The translations under genes and the position numbers were made by a program. The notes beneath the pieces were generated by a model. It was not told the origin of the DNA, did not search any database, and saw only the letters and a program-made list of their open reading frames with translations. From Camelus ferus (lineage: Eukaryota), in NCBI RefSeq assembly GCF_009834535.1, contig NC_045697.1, positions 56,918,001 to 56,982,000 of the forward strand: a DNA stretch of 64,000 bases. The letters run 5' to 3'. The number at the start of each line of letters is the position of its first letter. Position 1 is the stretch's first letter. This document shows positions 39,700-55,400 of the stretch, piece after piece.

Positions 39700-40259
39700 G
39701 TAAGTTTTTAATATAATTTTGAGTTTATATTATAGTTTTTTTCTCAGATTGGTTCAAATTTATCTGTAAGAATAAGTTTAATATTTTGATGAATGTGTGG
39801 ACACCACATTTTTATGTGGATCTCAGAAGTAATATTATGCTAAACACCTCTTCACCATGAACATTTTCATATCTAACTTTCTAATTCATGCTTTAATATT
39901 CAACATTCTTTTAATTTTTTATTTGAACTTTTAAAATTCTAATAAGAAAGTCCTATGTATGAAAGGCATTAATCAATACAAGGTATTTCTTTATATTAAA
40001 GCAAATATAAAACAAAATTTTTCCTCCATGCATTTATATTGGTCAAATCTCTTCCACATAGGAATTATTTACATAATGTATTTAAATTATGTTCTTTAAG
40101 TTTATTAATGGCTACATTTACCTCACTAAGAGATTTCCTATTATTATTTATGGGGAAATATTTGTATGTTTGTCTAATTTTTATTTTTACAACTTTTCAA
40201 TCAGTTTACCTACATCTGTTAAACATACTGATAATGTTTAAAATCACTAGTTAACAATT

Positions 40260-40495
40260 TTTAATAAACTTAATTTTTTAGAGCAGCTTTAGATTCAAAG
40301 CAAAATAGTGTAGAATATACACAGAGGTCCCATTCCCCTTGCCCCACGCATAAACAGCGTCCTCCAGCATAAACATACAGAGTGGTGCATTTGTTACAAT
40401 CTCTGAACCTTCACTGACACATCATTATTACCCAAAGTCTATAGTTTACATTAGAATTCATTTTTAGTGTTGTACATCTATAGATTTTGCTAAGA
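40260..40495 (-). mobile_element. LINE-1 3'-terminal fragment
   Basis: ttttagagcagctttagattca...cagagtggtgcatttgttacaat...cccaaagtctatagtttacattag. Confidence 0.8.
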
Positions 40496-43400
40496 TCCAT
40501 TTTAAATACTTTTGGATTTAGTTGAACAACATTTCTTTTCTAAGAATATTTAAAGCTCACAATTTAAAATACATCAAATTGTTTAATAATACTTGGGAGT
40601 AAATAGGTAGTAGTTTCATCATTTTCAGTATTTTCTTTCAGGAAAAATGTAGAACATTTACTGGATACCTTCTGTATATATCACATTATGCTAGGCTTAA
40701 TGAATAATTACAAAAGATAAAAGATGCCTCATTAACCTTCAAATAATTGCTCATTAGGAAGATTCAATATGTATACATAAAGAATATAAACATAAAACAT
40801 AAATAGTCAATGTATATAAAGTTTATTTATATTTGGGACAAATCTATTTAGAATTTTTAATAGAAACATAAATCATATACAGGATGGAATAGAATTACTT
40901 GAAACATGTTTAGCCAGTTTAACATTACTGAGGAAGGTGAGTGCTGATATTTCACTATAAAGACATGTAGGATTTGGATATGCATTAAAAAACCAGAAAT
41001 GCATTGTAGTAGAGAAAAAAAGAATAAAACAGAAGTATAGAGATCTGTCATGGATTAATTCTCTAGCTTTTTTTAGCTTGTTAATTAAATTCCCTGTATA
41101 TTCATGCCAATATTTTCTAAGTTATTGAAAACACCAAATTTGTATTTTAGGACATACTCTATGTGAAAGATGTTACCCTGGTAATTTCCACAAGTATGTC
41201 CAGTTTATTTAAATTTTAAATGCATATGCTTTGTTAAGCTAGCAATTGAATTGCCATCCTTGCAAAAACTTAGAACAATCTTATCTAATAAAGTAGTTTC
41301 AGAAAGTTTGGATTGTGGTAATAAGTGCAAAGACATCTGAAAAAGACCTTTTTACTATTAAGTAGAAAGATACAAGAAAATGATTTTATATAAGTTAATA
41401 ATGACTGTATAAAACAAATATTTATTATTGTCTGAAAACAAGGAAACTAATCAAAATCTAATGTATGTGTTAAGAAGAATGTGCAGTCACCTTGATGTGT
41501 AATTTTATGACTATTTTATGTTAGTTTGTATCTATACACCAACAGAACAACCACATGGCAACTTAAAATTTTAGAGCCAGTTCTATGTGTATGTGTTTCA
41601 GAGCCTATTTCTAGTAATTGGGAAAATGAGGTTAAGTAGCTTGCAAAACATCCTAGAAATATCCAGTTTCAGAATTGGACAATTGAAAATGTGACAGTAA
41701 TATGGTTAGCCTTAATCAAGACATAACAATTTCTTGATACCTATTATACACCTATTATTTTAGTCACTTTTCTAAGCACAGTTCTAAACTTTAATAGCTT
41801 TAAGTAAATTATATCTTTTTCTACTTTTTCAAAATTACCTTTACTTTAAAAGTATATCCATCACTCAAAGAAAAATAATATTCAGGAAATCTTGCACTTA
41901 ATACACTGTATTTCAAAAACTCATTGGTTTTTTTAGCTTTCACAAAGGACAGGAACACAAACATTTTTTGCTGTACCACATTACAGAGAAGTATCTAAAA
42001 GTCAACTAAGTTGGACATTATGTTTAATATATTTGAAAATGGTGAAAGGAAATGAAGAAATATTGATAAATCTAACAATATATATTGTATATATAATGGT
42101 TAAAAAAGAGTTATGTATTGATTGCCTTAATATTTTATCTTTTTAGCATATTTTAAAATTGGACAGCAATGAATATTTTCTTCAAATTGATAAATTAAAC
42201 AAATATCATAAGTATTATATATAGTTATATTTTTATAACTACAGTTGTTTTATAACCACAGTTTTATAACTATAAGATTTTTTACAGTTGACTTCTTTAT
42301 TTTCTGACATCAAATCATTTTTTTTTATTATGGTATTTCTGATGCTGTTTATTTTCAGGCCCTAGAGTTACAATAGAAACTGTTAATTTTTTAAAGAAAA
42401 AAATATATGAAACTCTTATCAGAAGACTGGGTTTCCTGAGGGAAAATTCTTCTTACATGTCTTTTATCTCTGTCCTTTGTTCTCTTAGGTGTTCTGACTC
42501 ATCTTGATTTCTTGTCTTCCTCCTAGTTTTCTGGCTTGTGTCAGTTCAACATTTTTCTTAGCTCTGTTTTAGAACTTTCTTTACTGTGATTTTTCTTGTC
42601 CTATAGAGTGACTATCTTATGCTCTTCTAAAGCTCATAATTTTTCAGTTCTGCTTTGTTGTGAGTCATCTTTTAGATTACACTGGTGACACCACAGCAAT
42701 CAGAATGGTGAAGATGTAGAAAGAGGAGGAACTATAATGACAATGTTAGCTGTTAAGGCAAAAAGGGAAAGAACAATGGTTTTCATGAAAAAGAAATACT
42801 ATAAATTGTATATATGTATACACACAAAAATATAATTTTGCCCATTTCTCTTATTTTTAGTCAATGTACCAAAAATGGTGAAATGTCCTCAGCTGCTAAT
42901 CCTCCACTAGTCTTTTTTTTTAATCTCCTACCATCTGTTCATTAAGACTTGTAATTATCATTCTTGCTTGTATCTTGAAGTCTTTCCTGGAGAGCCTCAG
43001 TGATTTTCACACTCATATCTCTATATATCACACTCTGTTCACTCTCATCTTCTCACAAATGTGTCACAGAGAAAGTAAACTTTGTTTTCAAAACTGAGAT
43101 GAAGAATAAAGAATTATACAAATCCAGGTGACACTGTGCCTACAATTCTGTGAATATTTTTTTAAGATTTCAAGAGGCTTAAAAAAAACCAAAGAACCCT
43201 CCCATATGCATACTACCACATATTCTAGGTAAGTTGGATAACCCTATTTCATGTTACTGAATTCAACAACTATTCCATGTATTCTTTATTCTGAAGGTAA
43301 TTTATTCCTCTTTTGGCATAAATTTAACTTTATTGGAATAATTGTTAGTAGTTTTGGAAAATAATCGAATTCACAAAGAACCACAACCATGTATATACTA

Positions 43401-44379
43401 ACTTAAATCTGTAATGATGTATTCTATTTAGTGGATTTAACTAATGAACAATCAAAATGTTTGCTCAACAACAAATTCCAGTAAAAATAATCTCTCTGAA
43501 TGTTAAAAATTATTTTGTTGTGATTTATCATGTTCAAAATTATTTAAATTCCTATAGTCTAGACTTCCATAGAAGAGGGATAAATGTGATACTATGTGCT
43601 GATAAAATAAAAGATATATTAAAAAAATAATTTAAAGAATTCTCAAAGCAAAGGTCTAGTAAACATACTTTTTAGAAATTGTGCCATTACTTGTGGTAAG
43701 CCAAGGAATTTCTAAGAGAAATTGGAAAATACCATTGCTGTACAAAGTTGTATAGAGATAGTATTTCATCTCAATAGCTTTTTTTTTCTTAAAAAGAAAC
43801 ACCATTTTTCTAATTTTTGAAAAACTTCCATAGGTTTTGTAGTTAAAGATGGTTTACAATTATAAAACAAGGTGCCACGAAAGGCATTCCAATGTCATGC
43901 ATAATATTTAAAAAGTAAGTAGCCACCAATAAGTTATTATGAATGGTCACTTCTATAATTGTTTAGTTGAGGTAAATATCATAATTATAATTAAATATAT
44001 ATATATATAATTAAAACCACAATTTTAAAGTTGGGTGAGATATAAAATCCAGTGACTGTTTCAAGAATATTGAATGTAACAGATTAAATGGCATCTACTA
44101 AGTGTTTTCAAAGTTAAATAAAAACATATTTCAAAGTTTATATCAAAGCTTACATATATTTGACAAAATTAACTATGTGAGATTTTGATTCAGGTGAGCA
44201 AAAGTACCAAACACTTGATGAATTGTTTCTAGGTAATTCATCATAAATATTGTGGATCCTCATTTGAGACATTGAGACAAAAGTTTTAACATATTTTAAA
44301 ATTTTAAGTAATAAATGCTTTTTAGTGTTTCTTTTTAAATTAAAATAAATTAGCAAAATAAATTAGGATGCTGCAATAC

Positions 44380-45110
44380 TGTGATTTATAATAAAATACA
44401 TATATATTTGATCTTTGTCCCCTTTTTCTGACATAGAATGCCTAAAACCCTTGAAATTTCCTAGGTGATAACACCAATAAAGGTGTTTCTGTTAACAAGG
44501 TGAAATTTGGCTAGGTTGTCAGGTTAACCAACCAAATGATTAGAGGGTGGGGATTTTCAGAGGGGAGAGGGGTTGGAGAGTGAATCAATTGCAAGTGGCC
44601 AATCATTTAAGAAATCATGCCCATTTAATGAAGCTTCCACAAAAACCAAAAAGGATAAGGTTCAGAGAGCTTCCCTGCTGTTGAATTAGTGGAGATTCAG
44701 AGCAGACATGGAAGCTCCACAACATTCCCCAAACCTTGCCCTTTGCATCTCCTCCATCTGGCTATTCCTGAGGTATATCCTTTTATGATTAGTAAGTAAG
44801 ATGGTTCACTGAGTTCTGTGAGCTACACTAGCAACTTAATTGAACCCAAGGAGGGGATCATGGGAATCTCTTAAGTCAGTTAGTCAGAAACATAGGTGAG
44901 AATCTGGGCTTGAAATTGACATCCGAAGGGAGAGGGGAGGGCAGTTTTGTAGGACTGAACACTTAACATGTAGAATCTGATGCTATCTCCAGGTAGTGTC
45001 AGAATTGAGTTAAATTGTAAGACATTACGGTGGTGTCTTGAAAATTGCTTGTTGGTGTGGGGGAAAACTTTCCCCTACTACACACTTGTTGGAACTGGGT
45101 GCAGAACCCA
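44380..45110 (+). mobile_element. MER21-like solo LTR
   Basis: Starts tgtgatttataataa. Contains cctaaaacccttgaaatttcct, gttcagagagcttcc, gagttctgtgagc and gtgtcagaattgagttaaattgta. Confidence 0.8.
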
Positions 45111-45589
45111 AAGTACATGCTTAAAAACTAAATAAAGAAAAACACAAGAAATAATACCACCACGAAATTAGAATAGTACTCTATGAATTTTTTCTTCTCA
45201 CAGAATTTGTATGGACTAGTAACATATTTGTCAAAATTGATAAACATTATTAAGAAAATTGCAGGAAATCATGAAGTGGAAGGAAAATGAAAAAAGGAAG
45301 GAAAAGGAAAAGGAAAACTATTTCCTTATGACATTTATCTTGTTTATAGTTATAGCAAGCATCAAAGTTGAGTACTTGCTATGAAATACTGTGATTTATA
45401 ACATCTTTGCATGTTCTGTTCTAGCCATCTTTTATTAACATTTATAATAATAAAAATAAATAGTTAACTTTCGTCAAATATTCAATGTGTCATGAATCTC
45501 CTAAGATAATTCCATGTAGCAAATTTTACAAAATACAACTCTATGAATCATCCAGCAGAATTATTATTTTCTAGTACTACTAAAAGATT

Positions 45590-45720
45590 ACAGATGAAAG
45601 TCTTTAACAAAAAAGATAAAATAACTTGCCCAAGGTCACATAGTTAAAGTGGCAGAGCTGGAATTTAAACTCAGTGAATATGACTCTGGACCCTGGACTC
45701 TAATCACTAAACTCTATTGC
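45590..45720 (-). mobile_element. MIR SINE relic
   Basis: aacttgcccaaggtcacatagttaaagtggcagagctggaatttaaactcag. Confidence 0.75.
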
Positions 45721-48700
45721 CTCTGTTTTACTGAGTCATATTTTTTGTTAATTTCTTCAGGAAGAAATCTAAATAGCACCTATGTATCTCTGTTGGGAGA
45801 GGTTATCACTAGTCTCATTTGCAAACAGGGAACTAACTAGAAGTTATTTTGGAAATTATGCAATAAATAACGCATAGAATATTTCACAATTGGTTACAAT
45901 AACTGAAGTCCTTGTCTAATGCCATATGGCACCATAAGACCAACTATTAAATTAAAAACAGCTGTTAATACAAATAAAAGGAAAAAATTCTAATGTGGCT
46001 TGAAATTGCAAATGAAATTTTCTACTGCTGGACTAATCTAAGAATTAGTAATATATGAACTGGGGTAAAAAAAAATGACAATCAGCTGAAGTGTAATTTG
46101 TGAACTGATTCTGTGTCATAAAAGAAGTTTCTGAAAGAAAATGCAAAATCATTTTGCCCATGACTAGTATGTCATCTATTAGTTGACAACACCATAAAAG
46201 TTTCAGTGATGTTTATAATCTATTGGACCACTTGTCTCTGCAGCTCCCAAAAAGAGCCCTGGGAAGAAAGCAAAGAAGGAACAATGCAATTAGTAGAACA
46301 ACTAGTTTCATCTGCATGAAAGGATATATAATTTACTGTAAGAGTTGCAATGCATATACATCCTTGCCAAAAAGCCAGGGGGGTATAAACATTGCTAAAG
46401 TTTGAAAGGTTCAAGGAGAGTAACTCAAAACAAAGGTAACAGTGGAAAGATTTATCACATATAGCATAGAGTAATGAGTATTCTCTTGGCGATCTGAAAG
46501 GAGCCTCCTGGACAAGGCTGTAGAATACCCTGATCTCTCAACAAAAGAAGCAAGAAAAATGATAAATGTCACCAAGGAAAGAAGTGGCAGAATGTTTTCA
46601 TTAAAAAAGCCCTCTACTGCTAACTCAAGAAGTAGCTAACGTACTTTCTCTAATAACTTCCTCAGCAAAAGGAATTATGAGCTTTGTCAATAATTTACAT
46701 AGAGAAATAGATAATTTGGTAGGTTATTTATTCTTCAGTAAGTCAAAATTACATTTTCTGAAAGTTATGGGAATTAAGTGGCTATTCACCTTCTAGAAAT
46801 TTAATCAATAAGATTCTAAAGGATCATTTACAAGTACGCAGCAATATCACCAAATTTTTTACATTACATGTAGATTTCAAAATTGAGTTAATAAAACCTG
46901 TCAGTGTTGATGTTCTGATCTTCGAAGAAATTCTAAGAAATGTGCCCCTGGAAAGTAAGAAACTGGATTATATGGGCCCTCCTGAACTGAAAATAACAAA
47001 AGAGATCTGTCAGTTAGCTGTATCCTTGATGACTTTGAAAAAATTCTCAGGAAAAATGTGAAATTTCATGGACTATATTTCACCTATTTAAATTTCGGCA
47101 GGATTTTTAAAATATCTCTTCTTCATTTAGCATTCTGTATGCATCATTTAAATTTTATGCCAAATACTGTTAATTTTTTTTCAGTTTTAGAGAAAGAATC
47201 ATAATTTTGAAGCCAACAGTATTTGGTAATTTACAAAATTTTATTTCATGTGAAATATTTGTGTCCACATAAATAACTCAAACATCACAAACTGTATGTA
47301 TTTTCAGTTTAATCTTAAAAACACATTTTTTGCTACTATAGTTGAAAAAGTACTTTAGTAGCAAAAATAATTACTCAAGTTAAGTAATTAGGAACTATGC
47401 TATGTTACTAAAAAGAGGAGTATTTGTAGTCTAGCCATCAAGACTTTCTGGCATGCAGAACATTCATGTGTGCAAGCACCTACCCATCCACCCACACAAA
47501 CACACACAAATTGAATGACCACATAAAATTGATTAACATTGAATCTATTAGTTATAAATTATGAAAATTTTATTTTACATTAAAGTTAATCCATGTTACT
47601 CTGTGTGGCCACAGATCCACTCTTGAGCCTCAAAAGTAGCTGATAGGATATTTTTACCTTTCTTTTTCTTCAGTAAATTTCAAAACAGTTCAACAACTTA
47701 TACATGGTAATAAAGAGGAATGTCAAATCTCTAAAAAAAAAGTGATTATACAGGACTTTCTTATAAATTTCCTTGAAATTTCAGGGAAATTGTGATTTAT
47801 TTTTTCTTAAGATTGGCATATTAATATAAAAATGATAAAGAAAACTAAAGAATGTATCACCAACATAATATCAAGAGCTGCAAACATACTGAAATAATAT
47901 TTTGAGAAGAAACTACATTTCAAATCTATCCTATTACTCTAGTATGTACTGTAAATCACAAAGTGTAATGATACATTGTTCAAAACATTTTTTATGATAA
48001 CCTCATAAATGTTTTCTATTTTAAAAATCAGTTAATGATGTAAAGACTAGTACAATTTTGTTGTCTCTAAGTCTTCTTAACTAACTAAAAGGCCCTTGCC
48101 ATAAGTACATCTCTTAAATGTCTTACTTAAGCCAGTGATTTCTTTGTGGTTTCAATCTAAACCACAATACAAAGCAATGGCACATATTAATATCCTAGGT
48201 ATTAAAAATGGACTTCTCACTGTGACTACTTTAAAATACTGGTCAAATTTACACTGCTCTGTACTTAATGTCATTGGATACTTCCATAAGTGTTGAGAAT
48301 TCTATTTATGTATGTGATATGTGATTGTAGAATCTAAGGAGATCAAACTGTCAGGAAGGGATGGCCATTTTGCCAGTCAAGGTTCATGTAATAAAACTGC
48401 CATAACTAATAACAATATGAAAAGTGCGTGAGGTGTGATCTCATATAAATTGTTTTGTCTCTCTTATGGTACAGCCTTTAAAGCTGTGTATTGCTGTGCA
48501 ATGACAGGGTTATTTTCATTCATCTTTCATGACATGCTGATGTTTCCAGAGCCTGATATTATGAAACATTTTTTTATAATCCCCAAGTACCAAAATGATT
48601 AGGTTAGCATATTTGATCTTGAGCATGTACCTACGTTATAGACACATCAACTATTAGAAGAGATAGTCTATAGCAAATGATTGATTTCCAATTTATATTT

Positions 48701-51549
48701 GAATATGACACTGTGTTAGGACATTTAAATTTTAAAGGGATATAGATATCTGGACAGTGAGAAAGATCGGCTATCATACTCTAAAATGGAATGCTCTCAA
48801 CAATACAAATTCAGAAAGCACACAAAGAACTAAAACCACTAGTACAAAGTCAAAGATCATCTCCCAAACTTTAAAAAGCATGTCATTTTCTGTTTCTTTT
48901 CCCTTTTACTTTTTTTTCTTTCTTTTTAGAAACTTTTGTTTTGTTTTTGACAACTACTGTTTCTGATTAAATGGCATTCAATAGCAGGATTATGGAAATA
49001 ATGTATGATAAGTAATATAAAAGAGCAAGGGAGCTTATTAAGACATAGCTTGAAGCATTAGTCTCTCTTTCCTGGGATTTTCTTCCTTAAGGAAATTTTC
49101 CAAAAGACTGGGAATGCATCACAGTGGAATTCTATGTAAACAATCTAAAAACAAGCACATGAGCTTGGAAAATGTTTTATTAACAATGCTTTGTTATTGC
49201 AAGAAAATGTCGTAAAGTGGGTTATTTGTTCTTATCTGTTTTCTCATCTATCTAGTTGGTTAAAAACATGTTTCATTTTTCATGTTTCATAAAACAGGTC
49301 ATAATCAAATAGTTTACTCAGATCCTGTTATAAATCTCTTGAAAATATAAATATTATTATTTTTAAATGTGTATATGCTAAATTGTAGAACAATATTCTC
49401 TCTAATCTGAAAAGATAGTAGTGTGTCAATGTCTCTTTCACGCGTGATTTTTTTCTTTGATTTGTATAACCTTTGTTGGCAAAACAACAAATTCAATAAA
49501 TAAGATTATTTTTGCAAGATAATAATAGCTTCACCTTTCACTATAATAAAATGAATAATGTACAAGGTAAATTTCCAAAAATATAAAAACTTTAGAGTAA
49601 AGCATTATCCATCTATTATTAACATTTTCACTAATATTATGCAGATACTTCTCTATGCCGATACACATAATTTCACCTATTTTATACATTATTCAGTAAC
49701 AGCTTTTTCTGTCAGTACATTTTCTAGATACATTTTTATGTCAATAGTTTACATCATCAATATTACTGGAGATTTGCTTTTGCTTGAATAAGCAATACAA
49801 ATTCTCTGGCGCATATATTAAATTGTTCCCATAATAAAGCAATATTATGTATATTTATTGAATGTTGAAAAATATTTACTGAATATTTACCATGTACCAT
49901 GCACTGATATATTCACTAGGATAATCCATGTTTGTGAACATTAGTCATACTTGAAATCCTAACATGTCCTGCAAATTTTTTCTCCTAATTTACAGACTGA
50001 AAACTACTTTTGAATGTCTTTTTTTCACCTTTTCTCAATAATACTGGATATTTATGGAGATTAATTTTTGATAATTGATGAGTGGAAAAAATATTTTATG
50101 TAGTATTAGATTCTATGTATTGGATGACTAGTGAAGTTTTTCATACTTTTATTTATGATTTTTTATATTTTTTATATTACCTGTTTGTGGTCTTCACCCA
50201 CATATTTGTTTATTTGGATGTTTTTATTGCCTTAATGATATATAAGGCCTTCATGAATTAGTCTATAGGCCACAGACACCTTTTTTCAAATTTTCTTCTG
50301 GAAAAATAAATCTTTTAAATTTAACTTTGTCAATTACTTATTTTATACTTCCTGTTTTGTGTGGCTTATTTAGAAGCATTTATTCATCCTCCAATTTTTA
50401 AAAATGTTGATTTGTGTTTTATTTGCACTCTTGTAAGTAATGATTTTATTTTTTACATAAATTGTTTTAATCTCTGGACTATATCCTGGTGTAAGAATGG
50501 AGTATAAGATTCTCACCTTTTCAGTTGTCTTATCATTTTTATAATTTTAAATTCCTCTCATATATTAACAATAAATATATACAGCTATTTTCTCTCATTT
50601 ACATACACTTATACATTTTCTTTTTTAACAACATCTAAATTTTAGAGAATCAATTCTACTCTAAAAATGTCTTCCATGATCATTTATATTGTATAATATT
50701 GTCTCTGTTCTTTCACTCATAATTTTGATCAGATATTTTCTTGACATCACTTTCATTTATTTTTAGGGCTCCGTGAAGTTGAATTTAGGTATTTTCAGGA
50801 ACGTAATGTTTTGCAAATATTATAATCTTAATATTTATATAATACAGCTATATTTCAGTTTTAATACTTACCAAATATGACCCTGTATAGCACTATTATA
50901 TTTCCAGCATTTATTTTAATGAGTCCTAGTTCTCTTTCGAAATGGGTTAGAGTAAAATATTCGTAGAATAAAGCCACATTGAAACAGCTTCTAGTCATAG
51001 TATCACCTAAATGATTATAGGGTAGTATTACATGGTATTATATGTATATTCTGTGCATTTTAATATACAGACCTTAAATGTGTGTGAGATTTAATCTAGA
51101 AAGAATATTTTACTTAGACATATCTATAGTATAATTTTGAAGTTGACTGAGTGGTTATCAAGTAAAATCTGTATATTTTGTCATAATCCACATTACACCA
51201 CTCATCTAGTTAACTTTTAAAATTTAAATCATTAAGTTTTCTTTCACATAAAACTTCACTTACTATAAGATTCATGTTATTCTAGTTTACTACCTTTCAT
51301 TCGTCTTATGTTTTGTATTTACCTACCCAACCTTTCTCTATTTTCTTTGAAAGCTCTAGAATCTGGCTAAGAGATTTTGCCTTCATTCTAGGCCTTGGCA
51401 TTACATTAAAAATTACATCTAAAATAATAACCGTCCAATATATGCCAGTATTAAAACTACTTGATTTTCTGAATTTTCACTTCCACTCTGCTTTCGCTAC
51501 TTGCTGCCTTGTCCACACCATGAGATTTTTCATTAGTTAGAAGTGAATT

Positions 51550-52450
51550 CTAATATTAGAAACAATAAATCACTGGACCATCTACCTTCCAAATATCTCA
51601 CTCTTTGGCTTCAGGATTTCCAGTTTCTGGAACTCACAAATATACATAATCTCTAGAACACCACCTGTCTTCTGATTTATCATCTAGCTTAACAGTTTAT
51701 TTTGTACTTTATCAAAACTGCTCTCTCACTGATTGATTCATATCAAGTTCTCAGCTCCTCTATGCAGTCCTCTCTCCATATCCTTAGAAGATTTATTATT
51801 TTAAGCCTCGTTTTTCCTATATCTTCAAATGCTTCCTCTTTATTCTTTTATCAAGACTATCTCAACTTACAAACCACTTTTAGCAATATGATCACTCCTC
51901 CAATCCATCACTTAGCAGTCACTTCAAAATAGTTTCCATTGTCGGCATGCCAAAGATCTTTCTAAGGCCACTGCCGTTTCTTTTTTGCTAAGGCAATGGA
52001 TCATTTTTAGTCATTTGTAACTTGAACTCTCAACTGCTTTTGACATGGTACCCAGCTCTTCTCTTTGATCGTCTTCCTTTGTTTTGTTTGTTTGTTGTTG
52101 TTGTTGTTTGCTTTTGTATTTAACTCTCTGCCCACTTGATTCTAAGATACTATACCTGATTTTTATCTTCTCTGACCTCTCAGTCTCAGACTCTTTTGAG
52201 GACTGCTCATCATTCTGAGGCCTCTTAAATATTACTACTACTCAGGTTCTATCTTCAACGCTTTCCCCTTTGAATTATATATTTATTTTTCTCTTTTTGT
52301 GTGCTCTAAACAATTCCATGGTTTAGAAAATATCACAAGTGGATGAATGAAGTCAAAACTGTCTCCTCAGAACTCTCAACTGTATATTAAACAGCCAATG
52401 TGGAATCTCAGTAACTTCTATATCTTGCAGACATCTCAGAGCAATTCATT
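51550..52450 (+). mobile_element. Highly diverged LINE-2 fragment
   Basis: Pyrimidine-rich with L2-like motifs (ctctcaactgcttttgacat, cagacatctca). Confidence 0.45.
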
Positions 52451-55400
52451 AGTATTTTGACACACAAAGCTCGGGGAATAGATTCAATCTGGAAACATTC
52501 AAGGTTTTTCCCAAGTCCCAATAGGTGAAAACTGAAAAGAAGTAATCCTTGGGACAATATATAATAAAACATACTTCATAGTGAATCATCTTGCAGTGCA
52601 AAAATGTCATTAAAATGCCCTATGATTTATTGACATGGAAGATTTTCACCTTCTGAACTGTTTATCTGCCTTAGCTGAAGACTGTTTTTGGATTTCTCAG
52701 TATTTATAGTAGTTTGATAATAAGAAGCCATATTCATCCTAGGTGTTTTGTTTATATTTGAAGCTAAAGGGTTTGGAGAATTACAAATTAATGTAAACTT
52801 CCCAATCCCAAAACAATTGAAATACCTCAATTATAAGAGCAACTAATCATGTATGTGTGTATATACAGCCATATTATAAGTATATTTATTAAAATTCTTA
52901 CGCTGTGTGTTACAATGCAATTTTCTGAAAGAGGCCTCTGACTTAAATAAATGACTACTACTAAAAAATATCAATTCTATACTATTGGTATATTTGAAAT
53001 CTATAAATTACTATAATTCTCAAAATGACAGTTCAAGTTTTTGTAATTAATCTAGATATCTGCAGTAGCTTCCTACTAGATATGTTTGCTCATATATTGA
53101 CCTGCTCTGGTATCTTACCCTTACTACCTTACTGCTTCCAGCATCAAGTTCAAGCTCCTTATGGCACAGAAGGTCTCCATAATGTCCTTATACTCTTATG
53201 TGTATGGGTGTGTGTGTTTACCTTGGTGTCAAAGATAAATATATTTAATATATAATTTGAGGGATAGGGTGGGTAATGCTTCTTTGGTTTTGTTCAACAG
53301 CAACTGTATTTTGACTGTGAAATTATTCATACTCTAGAATTTATTTGCTCTATTTGTTTCTGTAAATCTATTTAGTTCATTTTTAATTGATAAATAGAAT
53401 TATATTAGCATAATGTGGAATTTACAATTGTTCATACACATTTTTAATGAGCATGATCATTTTGCACCATTGAGGAACAGTAGCTAAATGAAAAGTACCT
53501 AACATGAACACATGAAGATGTAGATGATTAGACACTGTATCACAGCATCTCTTTCTTACCTAGCTCAATCTGCACATGTGCTCTTTCTTGGAAGTATTTA
53601 TGGTCTGTTTTCCTCTTACCTTTGTTAATTTCAGCAGACACAAATCTTTCTCACAGATACCACATTTTCAAATTAATTCTTAATAAATTTTGGTAATTTG
53701 CATGCATAATCTCAGTTAAATCTCAAAACATTAAGAGTTAGGTGACTATGTTATCCTTCTTTTATTTTAATTTTTTCCTAATAGATAAGAAAAATAAGAT
53801 TCAGAGAGGTAAAACGCCCAAGATAAGAAAGACAACTGGTAGATTATAGTCTCAGAATTTTAACCCAGTCAGTGTCCACAGAATTCTCAATTAAGCAGCA
53901 ACAAAACACTACTCATTATATAGGGAAAAGATTTATTATAAATAACTAATGTCACATTTAATTAAAACCATGCCAATTCTTCTTAAAAAAACACACATTT
54001 CTTTGTGCCAGGCAGTCTTCTAATTACTGCATATATTAAAGTAATAAAAATTATTATAGTTACCTGTTTTCTCGATGCTGTGCAACAGTAAGAAGAAATG
54101 TATACTACACATCTTAATATGTACATAAAATAATTTTAGATAAAAACAGGGTAAGGGGGGAAAGTAACTGGGAAGCAATTCTGGGATCTGCTTACTCTTA
54201 TAGTATTAGGTAAATCAGAGAAGTGATAGTATCGGGGGAAAGACATTCAAAAACTCATATTCATACTCAGAAAATGGAATAGTTGAATATAACAAGTTTT
54301 AGTGTTTTCCAGGTAGTGAGACAGAGGGAATGTTGGGCAAAGTAGTTAAGACCATTGATTAGCATGTGATTACAGTTATGGAAACTAGAATTGGGCTTAG
54401 AGAAAAATTAAAAAGTGGGAGAAATAAGAAACTTATCATAGTGAAAATAGTAACATAATTGTTGGGAAGAACTTGGAGAATCAAAATTTTTTTGAGCTAG
54501 AAATACTAACTTAATTAAATATAAAGAAAAGGTAGTGGTGATGAGAACGTAGGATGTTTGAAATATGTGCTTTGGAGGTGATACATTTATTGGTGAGCAC
54601 AAGACTGAGAAAGAGTGAGAGAGTAGATAGAGAACATTTAGATGAGTAGATCAAGGAACTAAAGGACAGAGAATTTAAGTGATATTAAAGTCACCATGGT
54701 AAATGAGTAGAGGTGGAGAGGATGCTTTGACTTAAAAAGTCTTCAGTGGTTTAGATGTAAAGATCATTCCATCACAGATAGCAACAGTACAGTCTGGTGA
54801 TAGGTATCCCAGGAGGAGAATGGAGAACAAATGTTTTGGATTTAATAGCAAGGAGGATTCCTAATATATTTTTAGGTCCACAATTGAGTGAGTTTGGCAT
54901 AAAGACCAACACCACTTGAAGAAGATGCAGAAAAGTTTTATATTCAACTAAGATAGAGGGATTTTTTTCCCCCCAGTGGAAGTTGTTGATTTAAAAGGTT
55001 TTGCTGATGGCAGACTATAAATGCCCTAAAGCACACTGGATAAGTCTAAGAAGACATAGAGAGGTGGACAGTTCTGACAAGTGGTTGCACAAAGACAAAT
55101 TAGGAGAAATACCACTGTGATGATGGATGTTCTGGGAGACTTAGACAGCTAGTGATCTCTAAAGTAACTTGGCATGTAGGCATGATGATCAACCTCGGTG
55201 GCCCCTTAGAAGTACAGTGGGTAATTAAGTAAACAAACTGGTTATAAACTTAAACCAGAGAAGATAAAAAGAAATAGTTCATTTGTATTCTGTATGCTCT
55301 TTTTCTGTCCCATATTTTCTTGCTTTGTGCCTTGTATTTTACTGTGAAATTGGCTTGTTACTTTTTGTCTCTTGCTTCCATACTCTTTATTTTATAACTG

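Noticed and set aside
48575..48600. Possible TECRL exon 3 (ccccaagtacc)
   Set aside because: No acceptor context, and it does not encode the expected PKWYPSR peptide.
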